DNA from: Thermoanaerobaculia bacterium
GTDB lineage: Bacteria; Acidobacteriota; Thermoanaerobaculia; Multivoradales; J023
NCBI GenBank assembly: GCA_036397835.1
Contig: DASWIG010000349.1
Location: 962 to 64,961 of the forward strand
DNA length: 64,000 nucleotides
Reading direction: 5' to 3'
Shown: positions 1 to 8,240 of the stretch, one piece after another
Position numbering within the stretch: position 1 is the first letter of the stretch
How the letters are laid out: each line of letters opens with the position of its first letter
Program-made: the position numbers and the translations under genes
The notes under the pieces: generated by a model
Database searches by the model: none
Seen by the model: only the letters and a program-made list of their open reading frames with translations
What the model was told of the DNA's origin: nothing

Positions 1-20
1 CGCGGTAGGATCGCGGCGCG

Positions 21-670
21 ATGGCCGAAGAGCAGGACAAGTCCCACCGCCTCGTCTTCTCCTTCCCGCGGATGATCGAGGACCTATCCGCCTCTGCCTC
101 GGCGGCGAGTGGGTGGAGCGGCTCGACTTCGAGACCCTCGAGAAGGTCTCCGAGCGGCTCCTGAGCCCCGAGCTCCTGCGCCGCGAGCAGGACGTCCTCT
201 GGCGTCTGCGCTGCCACCCCTCCGACGATCCGAAGGAGGAAGACTGGTTCTACGTCTACCTCCACGTCGAGCACCGGTCGACCCCGCGCAAGCGGATGGC
301 CCTGGACACGACGGTCTACAAGCTGCTCGCGCTCCAGGACCTGGCGCGTCGCGGAAAGCTGACCCGTCGCGGGAAGCTGCCGTCGATCTTCACGCTGGTG
401 TTCTATACTGGGGAGGCGGGGTGGCACGCGCCGACCACGCTCCTCGACTTGGTCGAGGAAGTTCCGGGAGTCCCGGAAGGAGTCGATCTGTGGAGCTACG
501 TGCTCGTCGACGCACAGCGTCAGCCGCTCGAGGAGCTGCTGGGCTCGGACAGCCCCCTGGTCGCCCTCTTCCGGTTGGAACGGCTCAGGGACCCCGGGGA
601 GCTGTCGGAAGTGGCGCTCGAGCTCGAGCGTATCCTGGCCGAGAAGCCCGAGGACGTCTTCGAGGATTGA
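21..670 (+). CDS. Rpn/YhgA-like PD-(D/E)XK recombination-promoting nuclease family protein. An apparent frameshift or indel near nt 85 splits the N-terminal 22 aa (ATG at 21) from the 113..670 ORF.
   Basis: Frame from ATG 21 reads MAEEQDKSHRLVFSFPRMIEDL, resembling the Rpn N-terminus (HDxxFKxLF...). Frame 113..670 reads IRLCLGGEWVERLDFETLEK...FYVYLHVEHRSTPRKRMA...LPSIFTLVFYTG, matching Rpn core motifs (YVYVLIEHQSSPDKHMAFR / LPLVIPILFYHG in E. coli RpnA). The frame switch falls at about 83-88 (gag gac cta tcc vs expected EDLIRLCL). Confidence 0.5.
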
Positions 671-679
671 TCGCGCCCG

Positions 680-1063
680 CTACTCCACGCTCTCGAGCAC
701 CGCCACCGCGACGGCGTGCGTCCGCTCGTGGCTGATCGACACGTGGACGCGTCCGGCGCCCATCTTCTCCGCCCGCTCGGCCGCGGCCTCGTGGAGCCGC
801 ACCCCCGGGGCGCCGCCGGCGTCGCGCACGACCTCGATCTGGCGCAGCCCGAGACCCTGGGCCCAGCCGGTGCCCAGGGCCTTGAGCGTCGCCTCCTTGG
901 CGGCGAACAGGCCGCCGAGGTGCTGGACGAACGCCGCGCCCCGGCGCTCCTGCCACTCGCCGGGCCGGCAGAAGCGGCGCAGGAAGGCTTCGCCGTGCCG
1001 TTCGTAGAGGCGCTCGATGCGCGCCAGCTCCACGATGTCGACGCCGAGGCCGAGGATCGCCAC
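680..1063 (-). CDS. acpS: holo-[acyl-carrier-protein] synthase (AcpS-type 4'-phosphopantetheinyl transferase)
   Basis: 127 aa. MAILGLGVDIVELARIERL N-terminus and size are typical of AcpS. Confidence 0.88.
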   Translation of the reverse strand: MAILGLGVDIVELARIERLYERHGEAFLRRFCRPGEWQERRGAAFVQHLGGLFAAKEATLKALGTGWAQGLGLRQIEVVRDAGGAPGVRLHEAAAERAEKMGAGRVHVSISHERTHAVAVAVLESVE

Positions 1064-1064
1064 G

Positions 1065-1694
1065 TCAATCGTCCTCCGGCCACGCGGCGCGGCGCGCCGC
1101 CGTCCATCGCTCGAGCTGCCGGGGGTCGTGGAAGGCGCGGATGCCCGCCGCCCCCGCGGCGCCGGCCGCGGCGAGGGCCGGCAGGTCGTCGGGCCCGATC
1201 CCGCCGAGCGCGACGACCGGCAGCCCCTGGGCCGCCGCCCGCCGCAGGCCGTCGAGGCCGGCGGGAGGGCCGAACCGAGCTTTCGAAGGCGTCGGGAAGA
1301 CCGGGCCGAAGGTCACGTAGTCGGCACCCGCCGCGCGCGCCGCCGCGACCTCGTCGGGATCGTGGGTCGAGCGGCCGATCACCGGCGAGCGGCCGAAACG
1401 CCGGCGCAGCGGCGCGATCGGCACGCCGTCGGCGGGCAGGTGGACGCCAGCGGCGCCGGCTGCGAGCGCCACGTCGAGGCGGGCGTTGACCACCAGCCAG
1501 CCCTGCCATGCCGCCCGCGCGTCGCGCGCGAGCGCGTAGAGCTCGCGGTCGCCGAGGTGCTTCTCGCGCACCTGCACGCCGTCGACCCCGGCCGCCGCGA
1601 GCGCCGCCAGCCACGCGGGCAGGGCGTCGTACCGTGACCGGCCGCCGCGCTCGCCCGGATCACTGATCGCCAGGAGTCTGGGAACCCTCGTCAT
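1065..1694 (-). CDS. thiE: thiamine-phosphate synthase
   Basis: 209 aa. ThiE family pattern (GVDGVQVREKHL, GADYVTFGPVFPT). Ends 1 nt from the acpS start. Confidence 0.85.
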   Translation of the reverse strand: MTRVPRLLAISDPGERGGRSRYDALPAWLAALAAAGVDGVQVREKHLGDRELYALARDARAAWQGWLVVNARLDVALAAGAAGVHLPADGVPIAPLRRRFGRSPVIGRSTHDPDEVAAARAAGADYVTFGPVFPTPSKARFGPPAGLDGLRRAAAQGLPVVALGGIGPDDLPALAAAGAAGAAGIRAFHDPRQLERWTAARRAAWPEDD

Positions 1695-1926
1695 GCGGTG
1701 GACGCAGAAAGGCGGAAAGGTCGTGGATGCCCCACACCAGGTGGACGAGCCCGAAGCCGGAGAGGGCGCCGCGCAGCACCGGAACGCTCAACCAGCGCAG
1801 GGCGGCGACGGGCAGCAGGGCGACCGTGCGGTCCCACAACAGCGTCCACGGCGCCAGCAGCAGGGCGACGCCGACCGTGAGGCAGTAGAGGACGAAGACG
1901 AAGCGAAAGAGCTGCGCGAAGGCCAT
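1660..1926 (-). CDS. Hypothetical small membrane protein (two predicted hydrophobic helices). Overlaps the thiE 5' end.
   Basis: This is the C-terminal 88 aa of the 1660..2913 antisense ORF, starting MAFAQLFRFVFVLYCLTVGVALLLAPWTLLW. It is hydrophobic, unlike the low-complexity Arg/Gly-rich artefact ORFs elsewhere. No homology recognised. Confidence 0.2.
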   Translation of the reverse strand: MAFAQLFRFVFVLYCLTVGVALLLAPWTLLWDRTVALLPVAALRWLSVPVLRGALSGFGLVHLVWGIHDLSAFLRPPHDEGSQTPGDQ

Positions 1927-2049
1927 CCCGCGAGATACTACGCGAATCCCTCCGGCGGCTCCACTTGGGGGCCGGCTCAGGTATACTGTCGCCTCCGGTA
2001 CCCGTTGCCGGCTCCCAGAATCCGACCCCGCCAGGAGGGCGCACACAAG

Positions 2050-2931
2050 GTGAAGATCTTCGGAAAGAAGAGGGCTGCCGCCGCCGACAACACGGACCAG
2101 AAAGAGCTGACCATCGAGGACCTGGTCACCCTCGAACGTTACGAGGAGGCGGCGGTGAAGCTGAAGGCGCGGCTCAAGGTCGTGCCCAAGGATCTTCACG
2201 CCCACCTCAAGCTCGCCGAGGTCTACCTTGGCCTCAAGAACCTGGACAAGGCTCTGGCGGAGTACACCTTCGTGGCCGACTCCTTCGCCGACGACGGCTT
2301 CTTCGACAAGGGCATCGCGCTCCTGGGCAAGGCCGCCAAGCTCGCCCCGGGCGACGACACGCTGCCCAAGCGCATCGAGCGCTACAAGCGCGTCAAGCGC
2401 CTCGAGGAACGCCGGCGGCTGGTCATCGAGGGCCTCATGGCCAACAAGTCCACGGTCGTGGCGGCGGCCGCCAACCGGGCGCTCGAGGTGGAGATGATGT
2501 GGCCCAGCATCGCCAGGAGCCACCTCGTGGAGCAGCTCGAAGGCGAAAAGCTCAAGAAGCTCTTCTCGGTGATGGGAATGCGCCGCACCAAGGAGGGCGA
2601 GGTGGTGGCCGAGGAGGGCAGCAGCCACCAGATGCTCTACCTGGTGGTCAACGGCGAGATCGAGGCCCTGGCCGCGGTCGGCAGCCAGCACTTCAACATC
2701 CGCAGCTTCTCGACCGGCGACGTGATCGGCGAGTCGACGCTGCTCGAGCGCAAGCCGTGGCCGGCGCGTTACCAGGTCAAGGAGAGCGGCACGGTGTTCG
2801 AGCTCTCGCGCGAAGGCCTGCAGCAGGCGATGATCGGCAACGACGACCCGGTGGGATTCCTCAGCGTGCTGCGGCAACAGAACAACGACCGCGACGTGGC
2901 GGCCAATCTGCACCGCCTGCGCGCGACCTGA
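2050..2931 (+). CDS. TPR-repeat protein with C-terminal cyclic-nucleotide-binding (CAP-family) domain
   Basis: GTG start at 2050 (VKIFGKKR...). TPR-like segment LAEVYLGLKNLDKALAEY. cNMP-binding signature GDVIGESTLLERKP...ARYQVKESGTVFEL. The upstream extension to 1693 is low-complexity and rejected. Confidence 0.7.
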   Translation: MKIFGKKRAAAADNTDQKELTIEDLVTLERYEEAAVKLKARLKVVPKDLHAHLKLAEVYLGLKNLDKALAEYTFVADSFADDGFFDKGIALLGKAAKLAPGDDTLPKRIERYKRVKRLEERRRLVIEGLMANKSTVVAAAANRALEVEMMWPSIARSHLVEQLEGEKLKKLFSVMGMRRTKEGEVVAEEGSSHQMLYLVVNGEIEALAAVGSQHFNIRSFSTGDVIGESTLLERKPWPARYQVKESGTVFELSREGLQQAMIGNDDPVGFLSVLRQQNNDRDVAANLHRLRAT

Positions 2932-2939
2932 AGCCCCCC

Positions 2940-3461
2940 ATGGCCTTGTTGGAGATCCGCCTCTATCCCGATCCGATCCTGCGCCAGCGCTCGGCCGAGG
3001 TCGACGAGGTCGACGACGCCCTTCGCCGGCTCGTCGCCGACATGGTCGAGACCATGCACGCGGCCCCCGGCGTCGGCCTCGCGGCGCCTCAGGTAGGCGT
3101 CGGCCGGCGCCTCGCCGTGGTCGACACCAGCGTCGGCAAGGATCCGGCGGCGCTGCGCGTGCTGGTCAATCCGCGGATCGTCGAAGAGCGGGGCAGCGAG
3201 CTCGACTTCGAGGGCTGCCTGTCGATCCCCGGCGTCACCGAAAAAGTCGAGCGGCCGGCGTGGGTGCGGATCGCGGCGCAGGACCTCGAGGGCCGCCGCT
3301 TCGAGCTCGAGGCCGAGGGCTTCGAAGCGCGCGCGGTCTGCCACGAGATCGACCACCTCGACGGCGTGCTCTTCATCGACCGGGTCCGCGGCCTGCGCCG
3401 CGACCGCGTGCGCCGGCAGCTCAAGCGGCTGAGCCGTGAGACCGTCGCGGTCGACGCTTGA
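2940..3461 (+). CDS. def: peptide deformylase
   Basis: Motifs GVGLAAPQVG, EGCLSIPG, HEIDHLDG (all three PDF motifs). 173 aa. Confidence 0.92.
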   Translation: MALLEIRLYPDPILRQRSAEVDEVDDALRRLVADMVETMHAAPGVGLAAPQVGVGRRLAVVDTSVGKDPAALRVLVNPRIVEERGSELDFEGCLSIPGVTEKVERPAWVRIAAQDLEGRRFELEAEGFEARAVCHEIDHLDGVLFIDRVRGLRRDRVRRQLKRLSRETVAVDA

Positions 3462-3514
3462 GGGGCCGCCCCCCGGCCCTGCTATCTTATGTGGAGATCC
3501 CGCCGGACAATGCC

Positions 3515-4933
3515 ATGAACGAGATCAGCTTCTTCAACTCCATGGGCCGCAAGCTCGAGCCCTTCACGCCCCTCGAGCCGGGCAGGGTGCGGCTCTACGC
3601 CTGCGGCCCCACCGTCTACGACCATCCCCACATCGGCAACCACCGCACCTTCCTCTTCGAGGACGTCCTGCGGCGGGGGCTCCTCTTCCTGGGCTACCAG
3701 GTCGAGCAGGTGATGAACGTCACCGATATCGACGACAAGACCATCCGCGGCGCCCAGGAGAAGGGCGTCACCCTCGACGAGTTCACGGCCCCCTTCGTCG
3801 CGTCGTTCTTCGCGGACCTCGACACCCTGCACGTCGAGCGGGCGGAGCACTATCCGCGGGCCACCGAGCACGTGCCGGAGATGATCGCCCTCGTCGAGCG
3901 GCTGCTCGAGCGCGGCTACGCCTACCCCAGCGACGGCTCGGTCTTCTTCCGCATCGCCGCCGACGATGACTACGGCCGCCTCTCGGGCGTCGACCTCGAC
4001 CACGTGCAGCGCGGCGAGCGGGTGGCCCAGGACGAGTACGAGAAGGAGGACGTGCGCGACTTCGCGCTCTGGAAGGCGGCCAAGAACGGCGAGCCGTCCT
4101 GGAGCTCGCCGTGGGGGCCGGGACGCCCGGGGTGGCACGTCGAGTGCTCGGCGATGAGCATGAGGTACCTCGGCGAGAGCTTCGACCTCCACTGCGGCGG
4201 CGTCGACAACATGTTCCCGCACCACGAGAACGAGATCGCCCAGAGCGAGTCGGCCACCGGCAAGCCGCTGGCCCACACCTGGCTGCACGCCGAGCACCTG
4301 CTCGTCGACGGCAGGAAGATGTCGAAGTCGCTGGGCAACCAGTACACGATCAAAGACCTGCTCGTCCGGGAGGCGGAGCCGCGGGCGATGCGCTACCTCT
4401 TCCTGTCGACGCACTACCGCCAGCGGCTCAACTTCACCTTCGACGCCCTGACGGCGGCCGGCGCGGCGCTGAGACGCAGCGACGAGATGCGCTTCCGGCT
4501 CGCCCACGCTACCGAGTCGGAGGAGAGAATCGCCGACGTCGAGGGCGCCGCTCGCCGCCTGCTCGACGGCTTCGCCGCGGCCCTCGCCGACGACCTCAAC
4601 GCGTCGGCGGCCCTCGGCGCCGTCTTCCAATTCGTCAAGGAAATCAACATGGCGGTCGAGGCCGGACGCATCGGCCGCGGCGACCGGCAGCGGGCGTTCG
4701 ACGCCCTGGCCCGCGTCGACCGGGTGCTCGGCGTGCTCGACCCGGCGGCGTGGCAGGAGCCGGCGGCGGCCGGCGGGCCCGGCGACGAGGAGATCGAGCG
4801 CAAGGTCCGCGAGCGCCAGGAAGCGCGGGGGCGGCGCGATTTCGCCGCCGCCGACCGGCTGCGCGACGAGCTGCAGGCGCTGGGCGTGGTGGTGGAGGAC
4901 ACGCCGCAGGGGCCGCGATGGCGCCGCGCCTAG
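3515..4933 (+). CDS. cysS: cysteine--tRNA ligase
   Basis: Class I aaRS HIGN and KMSKS motifs (CGPTVYDHPHIGNHRT, KMSKSLGN). ATG at 3515 (MNEISFFNS); the ORF-track start at 3458 is an upstream extension. Confidence 0.92.
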   Translation: MNEISFFNSMGRKLEPFTPLEPGRVRLYACGPTVYDHPHIGNHRTFLFEDVLRRGLLFLGYQVEQVMNVTDIDDKTIRGAQEKGVTLDEFTAPFVASFFADLDTLHVERAEHYPRATEHVPEMIALVERLLERGYAYPSDGSVFFRIAADDDYGRLSGVDLDHVQRGERVAQDEYEKEDVRDFALWKAAKNGEPSWSSPWGPGRPGWHVECSAMSMRYLGESFDLHCGGVDNMFPHHENEIAQSESATGKPLAHTWLHAEHLLVDGRKMSKSLGNQYTIKDLLVREAEPRAMRYLFLSTHYRQRLNFTFDALTAAGAALRRSDEMRFRLAHATESEERIADVEGAARRLLDGFAAALADDLNASAALGAVFQFVKEINMAVEAGRIGRGDRQRAFDALARVDRVLGVLDPAAWQEPAAAGGPGDEEIERKVRERQEARGRRDFAAADRLRDELQALGVVVEDTPQGPRWRRA

Positions 4934-4952
4934 CCGGCCGCGGGTAAGCCGT

Positions 4953-5354
4953 ATGCGCCACGAGCCCTTCCGCCACCAGCCCCACACCCGCGCCCAGGGC
5001 CGGGTGGGGGAGGAGCGCGCCATCGACTGGCTGCGGCGCCAGGGCTACCGCATCGTCGAGCGCAACGTCGTCACCAAGGCCGGGGAGATCGACGTGGTGG
5101 CCCGCGATGGCGACGTGCTCTGCTTCATCGAGGTCAAGGCGCGGGCCAGCCGCGCCTACGGACCGGCGGTCGAGGCGGTGACGCCGCACAAGCAGCGCCG
5201 CCTGGCGCGCGCCGCCTCGCTCTACCTGGTGCGCCACCCGGCCGACGGTCCCTGCCGCTTCGACGTGCTGGGCATGGACATGACCGACGAACAGGACCCC
5301 ACCGACGACGGCTGGAGCTTCACCCTGGTCCGCGACGCTTTCCAGGTGACGTAG
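4953..5354 (+). CDS. yraN: YraN/UPF0102 family endonuclease
   Basis: 133 aa. GEERAIDWLRRQGYRIVERNVVTKAGEIDVVARDGDVLCFIEVKAR is typical of UPF0102. Confidence 0.8.
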   Translation: MRHEPFRHQPHTRAQGRVGEERAIDWLRRQGYRIVERNVVTKAGEIDVVARDGDVLCFIEVKARASRAYGPAVEAVTPHKQRRLARAASLYLVRHPADGPCRFDVLGMDMTDEQDPTDDGWSFTLVRDAFQVT

Positions 5355-5416
5355 GTCAGGCTGTGCCTGACGATTCCGCGCGAACTCGGCAGGCAGAGCC
5401 TGCCCTACCCAGGCCC

Positions 5417-5445
5417 AAAAAAATAGGCGCCCGGACGTTGGCGCC
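5417..5445 (-). terminator. Possible intrinsic terminator read on the minus strand (GC hairpin followed by a T7 run)
   Basis: ggcgcc(5426-5431) cggacgtt ggcgcc(5440-5445) forms a 6-bp GC stem. On the minus strand it is followed by tattttttt (5425..5417). No annotated minus-strand gene is upstream, so the transcript being terminated is unknown. Confidence 0.2.
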
Positions 5446-5723
5446 GTTGGAGTTCCTTCGGACGGGGCGGCCCGAAGGAGAGCCCAGGAGAGGCGGGTCA
5501 TTGAGGACGAGAAGAGCGTAGGCGGCGCGTGTGAGCCGCGAATGAAGGGTGCGTGAAGATGCGCGCCGCCCGGCGCCGGGCGTGCCGTGATACCCTTCAG
5601 GCCGGCTGCGAACCCTCCACCAGGGCCTGCCGGGCGGCGCCGGAGGAGCTCGCGGCCGTCTCCCCGGAGCGGAGCGACCCGCGCCGGACCAACCTGACCC
5701 CGCCTGATCGAGCCGCGTAGACG

Positions 5724-8240
5724 ATGAACGTCCTCCTGGTCGTGGCCGACGAGGCCCTCGCACGGCAGCTCACGGATTTCTTCAGCCGCCGGGGTCGCGG
5801 CGTGACCGCTTGCCGCGATTCGGAGAGCGCCCGCCAGGCGCTCGCGCGCGAGACCTTCTTCTACGTGCTGATCGACCTCGAGGCCGACGCCGAGGCCGCC
5901 GACCTGTGCCGCACGATCCGCGAGCTGCCGAACGGTGAGAGCGTCTACGCCCTGGTGCTGCCGGCGGCGGAGACCGTGGAGGCGATGCGCGCCGCGCTCG
6001 CCGCCGGCGCCGACGACTACCTGCCCAAGCCGGTCGACCAGGCCGCCCTGCAGCTCCGCCTCGCCCTCGGCGAGCGCCGCCTGGCGGCTCGCCAGCAGCA
6101 GCTCCGGCAGCAGGCCGAGGAGTCGCTGCGCTACCGCGAGCGCTACTTCCGGTCGCTGCTCGAGAACTCCTCCGACCTCATCACCATCGTCGACTCCGAG
6201 GGGCACATCCTCTACCAGACCCCGTCGAGCGAGCACCTGCTGGGCTGGAACGCCGAAGAGATGATGGGCTGGAACCTGATCGAGCACGTCCATCCCGACG
6301 ACCGCGTCGAGGTCGCCGCCACCCTCGCGCAGTCGGTGGGCGACGCCGCCCTCACCCCGTCGCTGCAATGCCGCATCCGCCACCGCAGCGGCGACTACCG
6401 CCCCTTCGAATCGCTGTTCAAGAACCTGCTCGCCGACGCGGTGGTCGCCGGCGTGGTGGTGACCTCGCGCGACATCTCCGAGCACCGCCGCCTCGAAACC
6501 GAGCTCAAGCGCGAGCGCGTGTTCTTCCAACAGCTCTTCAGCAATTCGCCCACCGGCATCGTGATCCTCGACCCCGAGGACCGCGTGGTCGACGCCAACG
6601 ACTCCTTCCTCGAGCTCTTCCGTTGCCAGCTCGCGGACCTGCGCCGGCGGCCGATCAACGACTGCATCGTGCCCGCGGAGCTGGCCGACGAGGCCGCTCG
6701 CCTGTCGCGGGCCGTGCTCGCCCACGAGAGCGTCAACGCGCACGAGACCACCCGCCGCCGCCAGGACGGCTCGGCGGTGGAGGTGGCGCTCACCAGCTAT
6801 CCGATCGAGATCTCCGGGCGCCTGATCGGCGCCTTCGGCATCTACGCCGACATCACCCAGCGCAAGCAATTCGAGCGCGAGCTCTACCACCACGCCTACC
6901 ACGACGCGCTGACCGGCCTGCCCAACCGCTCGCTGCTTTCCGAGCAGCTCGAGCGCTCGTTGCGCCGGGTCGAGCGCCGCGACGGCTACGCCTTCGCGCT
7001 GCTCTACATCGACCTCGACCGCTTCAAGGTGATCAACGACAGCCTCGGTCACGAAGCGGGCGACGAGTTCCTCAAGGAGATCGCGCGGCGGCTGGAGGCC
7101 TGCGTGCGTCCCGGCGACGCCACGGCGCGGCTCGGCGGCGACGAGTTCACCGTGATCCTCGAGGACCTCCATCACCGGCGCGACGCCACCCGGGTGGCCG
7201 ACCGCATCCTGGCGGCCCTCAGCCGTCCCTTCCGCGTCGCCGACCAGGAGGTCGCCTCCTCGGGCTCGATCGGCATCGCCTACGGCTCGCCGAGCTACGC
7301 CTCGGCCGACGAGCTGCTGCGCGACGCCGACCTCGCCATGTACCGCGCCAAGAGCGCCGGCAAGGCTCGCTACGCGATCTTCGACGCCGAGATGCACGAG
7401 CGCGCCGTGCGCCGCCTGCAGCTCGAGTCGGAGCTGCGGCGGGCGATCGACGACGAAGAGCTGGCGCTCTACTACCAGCCCATGGTATCGCTCAGGACGC
7501 GGCGGGTGGTGGGCTTCGAGGCCCTGGTGCGCTGGCAGCGCCCCGGCGGCGGCCTGGTGGCGGCGCACGAGCTGATCCCGATCTGCGACGAGACCGGGCT
7601 GATCGTGCCCCTCGGCGGCTGGGTGGCGCGCGAGGTGGCACGGCAGGTCGTCGCCTGGCAGCAGCTCTACCCCGAGCGCGACTGCCTGGTGACCATGAAC
7701 CTCTCGGCCAAGGAGGCGGTACACTCGCGCTTCCTCGAGACCATCGACTCGGCGGTGGCGGCGAGCGGCGCGCCAGCCTCCTCGATCGGCTTCGAGATGA
7801 CCGAGAGCCTCATGGTCTCCGACGAGAAGATCTCGCAGGTGATGTGGGAGCTGCGCAAGCGCGGCTTCCGTCTCTACGTGGACGATTTCGGCACCGGCCA
7901 GGCCTCGCTCAGCGCCCTCTACCGCTTCCCGATCGACGCCCTCAAGATCCATCGCTCCTTCGTCCAGCAGATGGCGCCGGGCTCGGAGAGCGTGGAGATC
8001 GTGCGCGCCATCGTCGCCCTCGGCGAGAGCCTCGGGCTCCTGGTGGTGGCCGAAGGGGTGGAGAGCCGCGAGCAACTGGCGCGGGTGCGCCAGCTCGAGC
8101 TGATCTACGCCCAGGGCTTTCTCTTCGGTAAGCCGCTGCCGTGCGACAAGGCGGAGAAGCTCCTGGCGCTCGACACCCTGTGGAAAGAAGAGCAAGAGGC
8201 GCCCGAAAGGGCCGTGACCACGCCCGAAGGAGGTGGGTGA
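5724..8240 (+). CDS. Response-regulator receiver + PAS + GGDEF + EAL protein (c-di-GMP turnover)
   Basis: N-terminal REC (MNVLLVVADE...D at LIDLE), PAS segments, intact GGDEF (RLGGDEFTVIL) and EAL (FEALVRWQRP) motifs. 838 aa. Confidence 0.85.
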   Translation: MNVLLVVADEALARQLTDFFSRRGRGVTACRDSESARQALARETFFYVLIDLEADAEAADLCRTIRELPNGESVYALVLPAAETVEAMRAALAAGADDYLPKPVDQAALQLRLALGERRLAARQQQLRQQAEESLRYRERYFRSLLENSSDLITIVDSEGHILYQTPSSEHLLGWNAEEMMGWNLIEHVHPDDRVEVAATLAQSVGDAALTPSLQCRIRHRSGDYRPFESLFKNLLADAVVAGVVVTSRDISEHRRLETELKRERVFFQQLFSNSPTGIVILDPEDRVVDANDSFLELFRCQLADLRRRPINDCIVPAELADEAARLSRAVLAHESVNAHETTRRRQDGSAVEVALTSYPIEISGRLIGAFGIYADITQRKQFERELYHHAYHDALTGLPNRSLLSEQLERSLRRVERRDGYAFALLYIDLDRFKVINDSLGHEAGDEFLKEIARRLEACVRPGDATARLGGDEFTVILEDLHHRRDATRVADRILAALSRPFRVADQEVASSGSIGIAYGSPSYASADELLRDADLAMYRAKSAGKARYAIFDAEMHERAVRRLQLESELRRAIDDEELALYYQPMVSLRTRRVVGFEALVRWQRPGGGLVAAHELIPICDETGLIVPLGGWVAREVARQVVAWQQLYPERDCLVTMNLSAKEAVHSRFLETIDSAVAASGAPASSIGFEMTESLMVSDEKISQVMWELRKRGFRLYVDDFGTGQASLSALYRFPIDALKIHRSFVQQMAPGSESVEIVRAIVALGESLGLLVVAEGVESREQLARVRQLELIYAQGFLFGKPLPCDKAEKLLALDTLWKEEQEAPERAVTTPEGGG

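Noticed and set aside
1660-2913. 417-aa antisense ORF covering the TPR-cNMP gene (and many similar long antisense ORFs, e.g. 4644..8327, 8105..9688, 14684..16474, 16848..18992, 19814..22963, 23105..28672, 31154..37102)
   Set aside because: These are high-GC frame artefacts: Arg/Gly/Ala/Pro-rich, lacking stop codons by composition, and each is antisense to a gene with clear family motifs. Only the hydrophobic C-terminal 88 codons (1660..1926) were kept as a low-confidence small ORF.
1693-2931. 412-aa ORF starting at 1693, upstream of the TPR-cNMP gene
   Set aside because: The first about 120 residues are low-complexity Gln/Gly/Arg-rich and overlap the thiE stop region. A GTG at 2050, followed by a coherent TPR sequence, is the credible start.
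5356-5763. 135-aa minus-strand ORF in the yraN / GGDEF-EAL intergenic region
   Set aside because: Arg/Pro/Gly-rich low-complexity translation. The region is better explained as structured non-coding DNA.
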